DNA from: a virus
DNA length: 64,000 bases
Direction: 5' to 3' (one strand)
IMG/VR virus record: IMGVR_UViG_3300027971_000031
Location: 1-64,000 of that record
The notes beneath the pieces are model-generated. The model made no database searches. It was given only the letters and a program-made list of their open reading frames with translations, and was not told the DNA's origin. The position numbers and the translations under genes are program-made. Below, in pieces: positions 1 through 11,098 of the stretch (positions are counted from its first letter, which is position 1; the number at the start of each line of letters is the position of its first letter).

Positions 1-95
1 TCATCAAATGCCTTCCAAAATTTAATACATGCCGATTTTAACTCGTCAAAGTATTCTTGTTTTGGTTGTTTGTAGTAGTATTCAATTTTAATCAT
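1..95 (-). CDS. hypothetical protein, runs off the window edge
   Basis: ATG at 95 overlaps the stop of the phosphoesterase gene; open frame MIKIEYYYKQPKQEYFDELK... Confidence 0.6.
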   Translation of the reverse strand, partial: MIKIEYYYKQPKQEYFDELKSACIKFWKAFD

Positions 96-754
96 CCTTG
101 GTCTTTATTAACAACTTCGTCAAGGTGGTGGTCGCTTTCCATTTCAGAAATACGTTCACGTTTAATTAACATTGGTACTACTTCACGAATGATGTTGTAT
201 GGACGAAACTCAGGGTGACCATCCATTCCAACATCCATACGTTGTCCTTTACCAAAACGTAAGTTTGTTGGTAAGTGACAGTGTCCGTGAAGGTGCATAA
301 CACCTTTGTTTAATCCATCCCAAGAACTGATTGGGTAGTGCATCAAACGAAATGTGTGGTCGGCGATTTTTAAGGTGTTGTAGTGAGTAACACTTTTGAA
401 ATAGCCCTGACATCCTTGTCTATTGTTCTCGATGTGGTGGTCGTGGTTTCCAAGAACCAAGTGAATGTTTTTACAAACAATTCGGTCCCAAAATTCTTTG
501 ATGGATTCAAAACCACCAAATGACCAGTCACCAAGACAAATTAAGATGTCGTCTTGCATCACATTCTCGTTGATGTTGTTCACAATTGTTGCATTCATTT
601 TTTCCAAAGTTGGAAAATCACGAGTTTGGTCAACTGCAACTGAACCATCTGGCAAACGCCAGTTTGTTGTACCACGACATATATTTTTGTGGTTGTAGTG
701 TGGGTCTGAAAAAATCCACACATTTCCCTTGAAATCTTTATCAATTTTAATCAT
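92..754 (-). CDS. calcineurin-like metallophosphoesterase
   Basis: motifs SDPHYNH, LGDW, GNHD, HGHCH. Confidence 0.9.
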   Translation of the reverse strand: MIKIDKDFKGNVWIFSDPHYNHKNICRGTTNWRLPDGSVAVDQTRDFPTLEKMNATIVNNINENVMQDDILICLGDWSFGGFESIKEFWDRIVCKNIHLVLGNHDHHIENNRQGCQGYFKSVTHYNTLKIADHTFRLMHYPISSWDGLNKGVMHLHGHCHLPTNLRFGKGQRMDVGMDGHPEFRPYNIIREVVPMLIKRERISEMESDHHLDEVVNKDQG

Positions 755-1244
755 AACACAAATCTAATACTTTTTCTTCAAACCAAAAAGGTTTTTTTCT
801 GTTTTTCCAAACTGCAAATGAAACTTTCGCTCCACGGTAGTAGTTTCTATAAGATTCCACCACAGAATCTACTTTATATTCGTCAGGCATCGCCTTCGGG
901 GGTTCGGTATAACCAATGTCTTGAATATTTGGTTTATTGGTTACACACCATTCGATTACATCCTGAGATTTATGTCTCTTTCCATAACGATAGGTATATT
1001 CATAACACAACTCCAAACCAAGTTCACATAACACCAAATAATTGGTCAATGACTCACGAGTCCAAATCGCACAAGGGTGATTCTTGTGTGATAACTTGTA
1101 CGGTACTTGGTCGGTTACATGGTCGGTTACATGATGAACCCCACATAGAAGTTGTGCGGTTTCCAATATCATTTTTACCACGTGTTTATCACAATGATAT
1201 TGGGCACATTTTTTAATGTCGTTGTCAAGGAAAAATATGTTCAT
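747..1244 (-). CDS. pyrimidine-dimer DNA glycosylase (DenV-like family)
   Basis: MNIFFLD...CAQYHCDKHVVKMILETAQLL and HKNHPC motifs typical of this phage family. Confidence 0.7.
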   Translation of the reverse strand: MNIFFLDNDIKKCAQYHCDKHVVKMILETAQLLCGVHHVTDHVTDQVPYKLSHKNHPCAIWTRESLTNYLVLCELGLELCYEYTYRYGKRHKSQDVIEWCVTNKPNIQDIGYTEPPKAMPDEYKVDSVVESYRNYYRGAKVSFAVWKNRKKPFWFEEKVLDLCYD

Positions 1245-1278
1245 AGTTGAATGTTTAATTATTCAACAAATATACAAA

Positions 1279-1575
1279 TTATTCTGTAACTAAAAAAACT
1301 GCATTTTGTTCTCCAGCGTGTAATCCCAAAATATTGTAGTCATAAAACTCCTCAGCTTCTGACTCTTCCATACCATCACGCTCCATTAGTATGCCAATTA
1401 TTTTGTCTTTGGAGTAAAGAACCCTACGTCCATTACCAAACTCTTCAACGACACCAATAATTGCATCATCCAAACCATCCAATAATATTGCTCCTTCCGC
1501 AATTTCGTTAATATCGTAATCTTCAATAGTACCCATGGTTAAAACATAAATGTTATTTTTTGGTATGTCAAACAA
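1279..1575 (-). CDS. conserved phage hypothetical protein
   Basis: DGLDDAIIG...YS...EAEEFYDYNI pattern; true start may be the internal MGTIE. Confidence 0.6.
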   Translation of the reverse strand: MFDIPKNNIYVLTMGTIEDYDINEIAEGAILLDGLDDAIIGVVEEFGNGRRVLYSKDKIIGILMERDGMEESEAEEFYDYNILGLHAGEQNAVFLVTE

Positions 1576-1610
1576 ATTGACCTTTAAGTGGTATTTATAA
1601 ATAAAAAACT

Positions 1611-3026
1611 ATGAGAGGATATTTCGGATTAGGTCAATTATCTGCAGCTGAAAAGTCAGATATTTTAGACCAACATAAAAGTGTGTATAACGGATACCAA
1701 ACAATGCAACCACAGGTATCAAATACTCAACCATTGTATGTTTATGATGCTGCGGGTGATAAAGAAGGTTTTGTTGTGAATAACAAAGGTGAAGTTAAAA
1801 AATATACCAACATGGGTATTAATGAAACCAAAAAAAGAAAACCATACTTGGCTGATGAAGAAATGAAAAAAGGTGAGGTTGATGAATTCTTCTATTTTGA
1901 CGTAGAAGATGAAGAAACAAAAGAAAAAAAACAAAAAGAAAGACAACAAGATTTAGATGCAATTTTAAGTAGTTTAGGTCATGATGAAGACGATAAAGTT
2001 GAAACCAAAGAAGGCATGGGTGAAACTTGTGAATGTGGTGGAACCATGTATGAAGGAGTTTGTAACGAATGCGGTTCAGGATACATGGAAGAAGAAACAG
2101 GACATTTGGATGACATTTATAATCAAGAAGATTTAAACCCAACAGCAGGATTTGATTACATTCAAGGTTCATCAAATGATGTTGATACTTTTGAGGGAAT
2201 GCACAAGAAATTATATAAAGAATCTGACTCTGACGAGTTTGTTAATTATGATGACAACATGGAAGACGATGATGATTTCCAAGACTATGAATCTTCTTAT
2301 ACTGAAGATGGTATGGATGACCCTGACAATGAAGATGATGGATTTGAAGATATTAATGCATCCGAAGTTACTGATGGTGAATTAGATGAAATTAATATTG
2401 AAGATTTAATTAAAGGTAAAAAATACAAATATAACCACCCATTACATTCATCTGAATTTGAATATGGTAGCGAACACAAATATCCTGAAGGTGAGAACAT
2501 GTATGGTTTTAAAAGTGGTAAAACTGGATATGCAATACCAGGAAAACAAGTTAAAGACTATGTAAGTCATTTGGATGACGAAGAATTCGGTTCAATTGAA
2601 GAGCAAGGTGGAAACGTTGATGATATGGATGATGATGATGTCCAACCAGCATATAATTTTGATTCAAACGGACCTGGTGATGTTTACCCTGTAAACGAAT
2701 TTGAGGATGAGGATATAAAAGAGTATGAACAAATGGAATCAGCCTTTGCTGAAGATGACTTAGAGGAAGGTGATATCTATGGTGATGCGGAATTTAACGA
2801 AATAGATGTTTCAGGAGTTCAGGGTATCTACGGAGCTATGGATAGAGCATATGACTTTGACAGTGGTGGACCAGGTAAAGCTGGACCATACCAAGAATTT
2901 TCTTATGAAAGTGAATTAGACGAAGAAGAAGAATTTGAAGAGGTTGATGAAGATTTAAAAGAGTCGTTCTTAATACAAAAAAACAAGATAACAGAAATGT
3001 TTAATCGTTTTAACAAATATAATTAA
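1611..3026 (+). CDS. highly acidic protein, putative head-internal protein
   Basis: 471 aa, D/E-rich, small Cys cluster, TATTTATA motif upstream, terminator downstream. Confidence 0.6.
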   Translation: MRGYFGLGQLSAAEKSDILDQHKSVYNGYQTMQPQVSNTQPLYVYDAAGDKEGFVVNNKGEVKKYTNMGINETKKRKPYLADEEMKKGEVDEFFYFDVEDEETKEKKQKERQQDLDAILSSLGHDEDDKVETKEGMGETCECGGTMYEGVCNECGSGYMEEETGHLDDIYNQEDLNPTAGFDYIQGSSNDVDTFEGMHKKLYKESDSDEFVNYDDNMEDDDDFQDYESSYTEDGMDDPDNEDDGFEDINASEVTDGELDEINIEDLIKGKKYKYNHPLHSSEFEYGSEHKYPEGENMYGFKSGKTGYAIPGKQVKDYVSHLDDEEFGSIEEQGGNVDDMDDDDVQPAYNFDSNGPGDVYPVNEFEDEDIKEYEQMESAFAEDDLEEGDIYGDAEFNEIDVSGVQGIYGAMDRAYDFDSGGPGKAGPYQEFSYESELDEEEEFEEVDEDLKESFLIQKNKITEMFNRFNKYN

Positions 3027-3030
3027 AACA

Positions 3031-3060
3031 AAAACCCCTAATAAAAATAGGGGTTTTTTT
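3031..3060 (+). terminator. intrinsic terminator
   Basis: aaaccccta/taggggttt hairpin followed by T-run. Confidence 0.8.
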
Positions 3061-3075
3061 ATGCTCTGTTGATTT

Positions 3076-3420
3076 TTGCGTTTTTTCTATATATTTGTTA
3101 GTAAATTAAATGTTATGGAAATTAAAGAAATTGTGTCGTACTTCCTGAATGCGGAGTCAAACATTTTAGAGGTGTCGTTTAGAACTATTGAGGACAGCGA
3201 GGATGTCCTAAGAATGGATAACATAGATTATTCAATTTCTGAAGAATATGGTTATGTTCTTGAGTTTGAAGATTTTGGATTTTACGATGATGAATTTGAG
3301 GATGAGGAGGATTACTATGAAGACCCAAAAATTGAGTTAGATGAAGAAGTTCTTATATCATTTTTAAATGAGTACTACGAAGTAAATCCAAAGTCGATAC
3401 CAAAACCAGAATACTACTAG
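3076..3420 (+). CDS. acidic hypothetical protein (likely start ATG 3115)
   Basis: ORF track; tatatttg promoter-like element just upstream of MEIKE. Confidence 0.6.
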   Translation: MRFFYIFVSKLNVMEIKEIVSYFLNAESNILEVSFRTIEDSEDVLRMDNIDYSISEEYGYVLEFEDFGFYDDEFEDEEDYYEDPKIELDEEVLISFLNEYYEVNPKSIPKPEYY

Positions 3421-3977
3421 GGACCGACCCTTGTTAAATACAATCTGATTTGCCTATTATATGGACCGTAAGGAGTGCTTAGTAGTTTTAAATGTTCAAA
3501 ACCATCTTCTTCAATTTTAAACACCATGGTCTTTATACTATTATTGCCATGTTGTCCGTAATTTAATCTTAAATAACCATAACTATATGAGGTGTTGTTG
3601 GTTATTTCAAAATACGAATAGTTAGATTTCCTACTATCATATTTCCAATTAATTGGAGTGTTAGGTTTGTCTAACCAAATCATTTCAAATTCACCTAAAA
3701 ATGAACTTGATTCAAAATTAATATTAAAATCGTTTGTTTTGATAGTGTCAAACGGTTCATATAAATTACTATCGGTGAATACCTCACCATTTTCGTAAAA
3801 TGAAACGGTATCATTACCTTTATCTTCAACAACTGTGACCCAATCAACAACATACATACCACTTAAGGTCACATCGCTAATTTCAGTAACATATTTCTCA
3901 CAACCTGATAGGAGCACTAAAAACATTAAAATACCAACTATTCTTCTCATATGACAAAGATAAATACTTTTTTCCAA
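3417..3977 (-). CDS. putative lipoprotein
   Basis: MRRIVGILMFLVLLSGC signal peptide with lipobox. Confidence 0.65.
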   Translation of the reverse strand: MEKSIYLCHMRRIVGILMFLVLLSGCEKYVTEISDVTLSGMYVVDWVTVVEDKGNDTVSFYENGEVFTDSNLYEPFDTIKTNDFNINFESSSFLGEFEMIWLDKPNTPINWKYDSRKSNYSYFEITNNTSYSYGYLRLNYGQHGNNSIKTMVFKIEEDGFEHLKLLSTPYGPYNRQIRLYLTRVGP

Positions 3978-3997
3978 TTATAAAAATATTTATTGAT

Positions 3998-4258
3998 ATG
4001 AATTTAGATGTAGATTATTTAATTGACTTTTTCACTAAGAATTCCGAACCAAATAATGATAAGGAAATAGATGGTGAAATTGGAGAACAAGATGCTGCGG
4101 CTGCAGCACCCGCACCATCAACAGGTGGTGGTGGAGGTTCTGTCCCAAAATGGGCAGATTCTTACCAACTAACACGAGGTAAAGCCAATCCTTTAATGAA
4201 GTCAGGTGACAAATGGAATACTGGTCTGACCAGAGGTGCCGCAAATCAAATTTGGTAG
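3998..4258 (+). CDS. hypothetical protein
   Basis: two W...LTRGxAN repeats; TATTTATT upstream. Confidence 0.65.
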   Translation: MNLDVDYLIDFFTKNSEPNNDKEIDGEIGEQDAAAAAPAPSTGGGGGSVPKWADSYQLTRGKANPLMKSGDKWNTGLTRGAANQIW

Positions 4259-4576
4259 ATTATTCTACTATGATTAAATCCATTATATTAAAATCATCAC
4301 TCAAAAAATAATTAAAACAAGAATCCATTGGTATTAGGTCATCAACAGGAAACGCTGTTTTGTCTGACATATAATACAATTCTACACCAAACATAATTTC
4401 AAAATCAATTATTTTTTTGATTTCATTTGTTTTGGATACAAACACACAATCATTTACTTTAAACATTTTGTTTGGATTATTATTTTGACAAAGATAGTCG
4501 AAATAAAGTAATACCACAAATTAAATTGTTATTTGAAAAAAAAATAAGTATTTATATATAAAACGTTTTTAAAATA

Positions 4577-6355
4577 ATGGACTACAGTCATAATGATGGG
4601 TTAAATGCGGTTAATAGGGTTAAATTATTAATGAATTATTCTTTAGACAAAACTCTAAAGGAAAATATTGATAAAATGGAAGTATTGAACGAACAATCTA
4701 ATTCAAAACAAGGCCAACCACCTAGACCCGAAACATCAAAAGGAAATTGGGCGAAAGATAAGATAACTTATCAATCTAAAAATCCTGGTATGGTTTGGGA
4801 CCCCAATTCAGTAAATTACCCATCTGTTGAATATCAAACTCCACAAAAAAATCCTGGTTCTGATTATTTTTTAAATTTAAAAAATACCCAAGCAAACCAA
4901 TTGAGGCAAAAATTAATGACTAAGGGTAATTGGGTTAAAATAAATCCAAAAAATGTTGGGTTAAGAGGAACTCCATTTGGTTTTCACCCATTAGAATATC
5001 CTGGATATCTAAAAAAAGTTGCGGAAATAAATAAAAAATACCCTGATGATAAATCAATTTGGTATAATCCAACTACATGGTTTGACAATGACACTGATAA
5101 TATTAGAAATCAAGAACTTGAAAAATTAAAAAACCAATACTTTCATAAAGAATTTCCTTTTGGAGTAACTCAAGAAGATTATCAAGATTGGTTAAAAGCA
5201 AAAAAAACAATAAGTGATGAACAAGTAAAAGAGTTTAGTAAAATAAAAAAAGGTACTTCTGGATTGTATAAATCATCAGAAGAAATGCCAGGTTCTGATT
5301 ATTTTTTAGATTTACATAATCAAAATATGAAAAAATTGGAACTTTATCAAATGATGACATCACAAAAATCGTTTAAAAATCTTGGTGATTACATAGATGC
5401 CATATTTGAATATAACCCACTTGCATATAGTGAAATAAATAAAGGATGGTTAGACAAATTTTGGGATAATTATGGTTGGGCGGTAGAATTAGTTATGTGG
5501 TTAGTAGTTGATATTTTCAGTGAGGGATTGGCAACACAAGTAAGTGCTGCAAGGCAAGGAGAATTATTGGCAAAACTTATAAGAATTGCTGGTCGTTCAG
5601 GATTTCCTGTTGGTTTGGGTATTGCAAAAACAATTAAAGCAGGACATCTTACTGAAGATGCTGTGATAGATTTTGTATTTGCCATTTTACCTTGGGCTCA
5701 CAATTATTTTGGAATTGCCAAAACTCCATCTGTTGAAGTGGTTGAGTCAATTGTTACAAAAAGAAAAGGTTTAAATTTAAGAAATCTTTCAGACGTAAAA
5801 AAATATATAAAAAGTTTAACTGAGGAAGAAAAATATTTTTTCAAAAAAATTGCAAAACTTGATAAATCTCAATTAGATAGAGGATTAAAAAGTTCTATGA
5901 AAGAATTGGATAGTTTGGTATCAAAAAAAGGTTTGAAACAAGTAAAAAAAATAAATAGACAATCGTTAGTTACTACAGGGACAAAAATTAAACCTAGTAA
6001 ACTAAAATCAGTTGGTAACTTTTTAGGTAAAGTTGTTTATATTGATTTACCCGCAATTGAAATATCTAAGTTGATTGCTCAAAAGTTTGGATTTTTAGAT
6101 AAAGAAGATAAGATAAAAGCATTGGAAGAAGAATTTAAAAATAAACAAGGTAAAGATTTATTGTTTTTGTTGGCTAATGCAATTGAAGTGATTAAAGATT
6201 ATCCTGGATTATCAACAAATGAGACAATAAAAAAAATAAGAGATACTCACACGTTTTCAAATGAAAACGATGCAATAAATGTACTATCACAAAATATAAG
6301 TGAGCTCTTAGTTGATGAAAATGGAAACTCTATTTACCAAAACAAAAAAAAATAA
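4577..6355 (+). CDS. hypothetical protein, putative virion-associated
   Basis: 592 aa; late-type motif upstream; central hydrophobic segments. Confidence 0.6.
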   Translation: MDYSHNDGLNAVNRVKLLMNYSLDKTLKENIDKMEVLNEQSNSKQGQPPRPETSKGNWAKDKITYQSKNPGMVWDPNSVNYPSVEYQTPQKNPGSDYFLNLKNTQANQLRQKLMTKGNWVKINPKNVGLRGTPFGFHPLEYPGYLKKVAEINKKYPDDKSIWYNPTTWFDNDTDNIRNQELEKLKNQYFHKEFPFGVTQEDYQDWLKAKKTISDEQVKEFSKIKKGTSGLYKSSEEMPGSDYFLDLHNQNMKKLELYQMMTSQKSFKNLGDYIDAIFEYNPLAYSEINKGWLDKFWDNYGWAVELVMWLVVDIFSEGLATQVSAARQGELLAKLIRIAGRSGFPVGLGIAKTIKAGHLTEDAVIDFVFAILPWAHNYFGIAKTPSVEVVESIVTKRKGLNLRNLSDVKKYIKSLTEEEKYFFKKIAKLDKSQLDRGLKSSMKELDSLVSKKGLKQVKKINRQSLVTTGTKIKPSKLKSVGNFLGKVVYIDLPAIEISKLIAQKFGFLDKEDKIKALEEEFKNKQGKDLLFLLANAIEVIKDYPGLSTNETIKKIRDTHTFSNENDAINVLSQNISELLVDENGNSIYQNKKK

Positions 6356-6375
6356 TATAAAAATATTTATATATT

Positions 6376-8535
6376 ATGAAACAAAAGTTATTAGAAGAGA
6401 TATATAGAATACATGAAATAATTGGACTACCCCCAACTAAAAATATTGAGTCTTTGATTTTAGAAGCGGCAAATCCAATACCTAAAATTTTTAGAGGGTT
6501 TGAAAAACTTTTGGATAGTGAAGCAATATTAACAGCTGAAAGAATTTTACCCGCAAGTACTGAAAGAAATTTTGAAAAAAGAATTGCAACTTTTGTTGCC
6601 GATAGAATCTCTACGGATGTAGGAAAACAAGAAATTAGGAATTTAATAAAAAAAATGGCTGAAAGTTCTCCAACTTTTGCGAAAAAATTTGTTGAAAAGA
6701 ATAAAACTGAACTTGATAAACTTATAAATGATAAAGGTCTTGACGTAGGAAAAAGAGCTATTAAAATGTCATTTGGTGATAATATTTTAAATCAATATGA
6801 ACAATCCTTAAGTCGAGGTAGAATACCGCCAGAAATAACTCCGACATTACCCGCAGAATTAAAAAACGTCAAGGGTGTAAAAGAATTTCAAGATTGGATG
6901 AATACAAACCACCCAAATTGGGTGCGAGGTAATAATTTAAGTCCAAACGGAAAATCATATGGCAATTACGGACCCTCAACTACAAAGGCTTGGGAGGAAC
7001 ACTCACTTGAATATAAACGTTATTTGATTGGGAAAAAAATTGAAAATTTTGGACTTAACACAGGTGACGATATTCAAAAATTCCAACTTTGGATGGAAGA
7101 AACAGGAAGATGGGATGAAGCAATGGTTGATAAAAATTATCAAAAAGGTCTTACTGAAGATACAAAATATGCTTGGGCTGAATTCAAAGAACCGTATAGA
7201 CAAAGTTTGGGTTATAAATATAATTTACAATTAGCGTCAGAAAAAATTTTAGCAAAACAAATAAAACCAATAAAAAATGGATGGTGGGATAGTAAATTAT
7301 CATTTCTTTACCCTGCAACTAGAATCACAGTATTTAATTCAATTAGGAAAAGTTTATGGTTTTATATTAAGTCAATTGAAGGTAGGTTTTTAGACAAACA
7401 AACTCAAATTGATAACTTAATGTCCAAATTTATTACGGCAACTGACAAACAATCAAAAAATTATATAGCATCAGAAAATTTGTTTAGAGATATCAGTATA
7501 CAAATGGCCTCACTTAGAACTTCTGCAGAACAAGAATATAGTTTATTTTTAGAAGATGTTAGAAAATCTTTGATAGATGCGGGTATAGAGTATAAAACAG
7601 TTGACACGGTCATAAATAATTTAAAAACATATTCGGCATATGATAAATTGTTTAATCCATTAAAATCTAGAGGTGAAAACTACACGTGGATAAATGAAAT
7701 GTGGGAAGACAGTGTTTTTGTAACATTTATAAATGAACTAAGAACTTTTAATAAACAATTTTTTATAAAGTTGTTGAAGTGGATGGAAAGAACTTTAATG
7801 TTTTTAACTACAGGTCATATCAGAACATTATCTGAAATAACTGAATTTTGTGTAAAAAATGGGGTTGCTCCGGGTATAAAAAAATATATTGGTGTATTAT
7901 ATTTTATGAAATTTATGGTACTTCCATCGGTTTGGGGAACATTTAAAGCGGGTAAAAACTTTTTTAATAACGTTTATGATAAAGATGACGGATTTTGGGC
8001 TGAAGATACAAAGGCGCTTCTTGCTAGAGCTTATGGAGAAGCTTTTGAACCGTGGACAAAACTACTTGGTGGAGATGTAACGCAACTTGTACCTTGGAAT
8101 TGGTTATGGGATGATTTACTTAATAAAAGTGATGAAGCTGCAAGACAAGAGATTGAAAGCGCATTTGAAAGAAAATTAAATCAAATAAGAGAACAATATA
8201 ATTTAACTCAAAAACAAGTTGATGAACTTAAAACTGTTTTTATACTTAATGGTACAATTACCGTTGAAGATATTAGAAAAATTGTAAATCCAGATACTCC
8301 ATCTACTACAGACACTACAGTTGATGATGCTGCAAAATTAGAATTATTCTACCAGTTTCTTAAATCAAAAGATAATAGTCTTGGTTCTAATGATAAACCA
8401 TTTATGAAAAAAGACCCAAATACTACTAACACTTTTACATTTGAAGCTTGTGCTGATGAAGATTGTACTCAAACAAAACTTGAAACATACACTTATAACC
8501 CAACGACAAAAACATTTGTAGAAAAAATTAATTAA
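6376..8535 (+). CDS. virion-associated protein with peptidoglycan-binding-like repeats
   Basis: VKEFQDWMN...YGNYGPSTTKAW and IQKFQLWM...LTEDTKYAW repeats. Confidence 0.55.
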   Translation: MKQKLLEEIYRIHEIIGLPPTKNIESLILEAANPIPKIFRGFEKLLDSEAILTAERILPASTERNFEKRIATFVADRISTDVGKQEIRNLIKKMAESSPTFAKKFVEKNKTELDKLINDKGLDVGKRAIKMSFGDNILNQYEQSLSRGRIPPEITPTLPAELKNVKGVKEFQDWMNTNHPNWVRGNNLSPNGKSYGNYGPSTTKAWEEHSLEYKRYLIGKKIENFGLNTGDDIQKFQLWMEETGRWDEAMVDKNYQKGLTEDTKYAWAEFKEPYRQSLGYKYNLQLASEKILAKQIKPIKNGWWDSKLSFLYPATRITVFNSIRKSLWFYIKSIEGRFLDKQTQIDNLMSKFITATDKQSKNYIASENLFRDISIQMASLRTSAEQEYSLFLEDVRKSLIDAGIEYKTVDTVINNLKTYSAYDKLFNPLKSRGENYTWINEMWEDSVFVTFINELRTFNKQFFIKLLKWMERTLMFLTTGHIRTLSEITEFCVKNGVAPGIKKYIGVLYFMKFMVLPSVWGTFKAGKNFFNNVYDKDDGFWAEDTKALLARAYGEAFEPWTKLLGGDVTQLVPWNWLWDDLLNKSDEAARQEIESAFERKLNQIREQYNLTQKQVDELKTVFILNGTITVEDIRKIVNPDTPSTTDTTVDDAAKLELFYQFLKSKDNSLGSNDKPFMKKDPNTTNTFTFEACADEDCTQTKLETYTYNPTTKTFVEKIN

Positions 8536-8566
8536 ATTTTATAATATATTTATATAATATAACAAT

Positions 8567-9544
8567 ATGAGAAACGTAAATCAAAAAACAATAAAAAATA
8601 TTATAAAACAATATTTAAGAGAACAGGAAGATGAATCTGCCCCAAGAAGAGGTAGAGGAGGTGACAGAACAACACCAGAAGACGATAATAGTATTCTTGT
8701 TCCTATAACTGCGGAAATTTTTAAAGGAATTGAAAGTATTTTAGGTAAAGTATCAAATACGGTTAAAAATGGTGTGATGTATGTTCCTGACAAAATAATG
8801 GAAAAATATGAAGAATCGTTAAAGCAAACAAGATATCGTTATATGGTCGATAATAAATCTGTTGATTTTACATATAATGAAATTGGTAATCAAATTTCAG
8901 ATGGGAATGTAAAATTAAATACTCCTGTTAAAAGAATGTTATATAACTCAAACACAAAACGAACAGAACCAGGACCAACAAAAAAAGCCTCAGAATACCC
9001 TGAATTAAAAGAATTTTTTTGGGGTGATGAAAGTCAGATTGAAGCTGAAAAAACAAAACAAGTTGAAAACGAAGCTGAAAAAACAAGACAACTTGAAATA
9101 TTAAGAGGTTATGTGAATAAAGGAGTTTTTGGAAAAAATGGTGTTGATTTTGAGGAAATTACAATAACTACATTACCTGGATATTATATAGGTATAAAAT
9201 TACTTAATCCGAGAGAAGGTAAGACAGTTGTTTTATTGTATGATAATAAAATATCAATAATGAACCCCAACAATACTTTATCTTCACCAACCCCAAATAT
9301 TGAAAATAATGGTACAAGTGGACAAGATAGTTCAACCAAAACCTCAGGTATAATTAAAAGACAGGGAGACCCATACGAATATAAAGTAGAGTCAGATAAT
9401 TGGTTAGCAAAAAAGACGGGTACTCAAAAATGGTTTAATATTACAGGTGTTGATTTTAAGCCAGCGTATCAACAATCTATTGATATATTAGATACTGAAA
9501 ATCCAAAATCAAGAACTGCAAACGCTCCTAAAAGAACAAAATAA
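8567..9544 (+). CDS. hypothetical protein
   Basis: 325-aa ORF, late-type motif upstream. Confidence 0.6.
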   Translation: MRNVNQKTIKNIIKQYLREQEDESAPRRGRGGDRTTPEDDNSILVPITAEIFKGIESILGKVSNTVKNGVMYVPDKIMEKYEESLKQTRYRYMVDNKSVDFTYNEIGNQISDGNVKLNTPVKRMLYNSNTKRTEPGPTKKASEYPELKEFFWGDESQIEAEKTKQVENEAEKTRQLEILRGYVNKGVFGKNGVDFEEITITTLPGYYIGIKLLNPREGKTVVLLYDNKISIMNPNNTLSSPTPNIENNGTSGQDSSTKTSGIIKRQGDPYEYKVESDNWLAKKTGTQKWFNITGVDFKPAYQQSIDILDTENPKSRTANAPKRTK

Positions 9545-9547
9545 TTT

Positions 9548-10012
9548 ATGATGAAAAATTTAAACGAAGAATTTAATATTGATTTTAAAAACGGTACTTG
9601 GTCAATTTCAACAAGTGACGATAATTCAGATGGAGGAAGTGATTCATCAAAGGCAAAAGTTGATTCAACAAATCCAAACAGTGCTGATTATTATAGTGAC
9701 TATCAGACCGATGAAACAGAATCAGAAACGGTAAAAAGGGCTAATAACAACAATAGTGGGGATTATAGCGATTATGGTGCTGCCGAAGAAGATGATGCAA
9801 CAATTAAATCAAATGATTATAGTGATTATAGCGATGCCGAAGAGAATGATGGAGCGGCCACAACAAAGTCAAAAACTACCCAACCTATGACTTTTTCCAC
9901 TTACTATGATGAAGAACCTGTAACCCCTAAAACACCACCAGTTAGTGGTCAACCATTAGACATGGAACTTACACCACAACAAAAGGCTAAACGTTATGGC
10001 TTTGGTCAATAA
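9548..10012 (+). CDS. hypothetical protein with DYSDY repeats
   Basis: ORF track. Confidence 0.55.
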   Translation: MMKNLNEEFNIDFKNGTWSISTSDDNSDGGSDSSKAKVDSTNPNSADYYSDYQTDETESETVKRANNNNSGDYSDYGAAEEDDATIKSNDYSDYSDAEENDGAATTKSKTTQPMTFSTYYDEEPVTPKTPPVSGQPLDMELTPQQKAKRYGFGQ

Positions 10013-10042
10013 AATTAAAGAATAAATAATATTTATAATTAC

Positions 10043-11092
10043 ATGAAAAACAAATTTCAAATCACAGAACAAGAAAAGAAAGAAATTCTTGAACAACATA
10101 ACCTATTTAAAAAAGTTCTTAAAGCTAAATCTGAAGTTAAAAGACTTATGGTCAATGAACAGTCAACACCAACAAGTGGTAGTGGAGTTGAGTTTTTAAA
10201 GGCAGCAAGAGATAAAGGTTGTAAAATTGCCAAAGGTACTGTTTTAAGAAGTGCTCCAGGAAAACCAACAGTATTATATAAAAAGGCTGATTATGATTCC
10301 CCAAATGGTTATTTTAAAATTGGAGATGAACTTTATATTAAAGATAATTTTACATTTGATGTTATTACAACTGATGCGGATGGTAAGAAAACAATGACAT
10401 ATGTTAATAGAGTATGGAATTGTCCTGCATTAACTAAACCTGTTGAAGACCAAAAAAAGGCAAACCTTGAAAAAACAAAAGGTGAAGGTGCTTGGAAAAC
10501 AAAAGAAGAATTACTTACATCAGATACCGAACAAAACATTTTAGACCCTGAAATGTATGATGTGAAAGTTGTTGATGGAGTTACATTATATAGAAATAAA
10601 TCAGGTGCAGGTATTCAACAAGCATTAACACCAAGAGGACAACAAACATTTAACAAATATAAAGCAGCCGGAGGATTAACACAACAAGAAGTTGACCCCG
10701 AAGCATCACTAACCTTTATAAAAGTTAGAATTGGTGGAAAACCAGATTTTTCGGAAGAGTTTTACATGTATTTTGACCCTGAAAAAACAGTTAGGGACCC
10801 ATCGGTAGCACAAGCAATTCAAACAACTATTGAACAAAGAATACCAACAGATAAAAAAGATTGTAAGACAAGTATTGAAAATTATTACACCAATTTCAAG
10901 AAAAAAAGAATGATTGAACCAAATCAACTATCAGCGTTGAAATATAAAGTTCAGGCTTGTAAAAACGAATTTTATGGTGATTGGGGATTCATGGGTGGTG
11001 GAAAAATTGACGAGATTTTAGACATATTAAGTGGAGTAAAAGTTGGTGGACCATCATCTTATGGTGACGATTCTAAATGGAGATTAAAATAA
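10043..11092 (+). CDS. hypothetical protein
   Basis: ITEQEKKEILEQH N-terminus; late-type motif upstream. Confidence 0.6.
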   Translation: MKNKFQITEQEKKEILEQHNLFKKVLKAKSEVKRLMVNEQSTPTSGSGVEFLKAARDKGCKIAKGTVLRSAPGKPTVLYKKADYDSPNGYFKIGDELYIKDNFTFDVITTDADGKKTMTYVNRVWNCPALTKPVEDQKKANLEKTKGEGAWKTKEELLTSDTEQNILDPEMYDVKVVDGVTLYRNKSGAGIQQALTPRGQQTFNKYKAAGGLTQQEVDPEASLTFIKVRIGGKPDFSEEFYMYFDPEKTVRDPSVAQAIQTTIEQRIPTDKKDCKTSIENYYTNFKKKRMIEPNQLSALKYKVQACKNEFYGDWGFMGGGKIDEILDILSGVKVGGPSSYGDDSKWRLK

Positions 11093-11098
11093 TCTGAT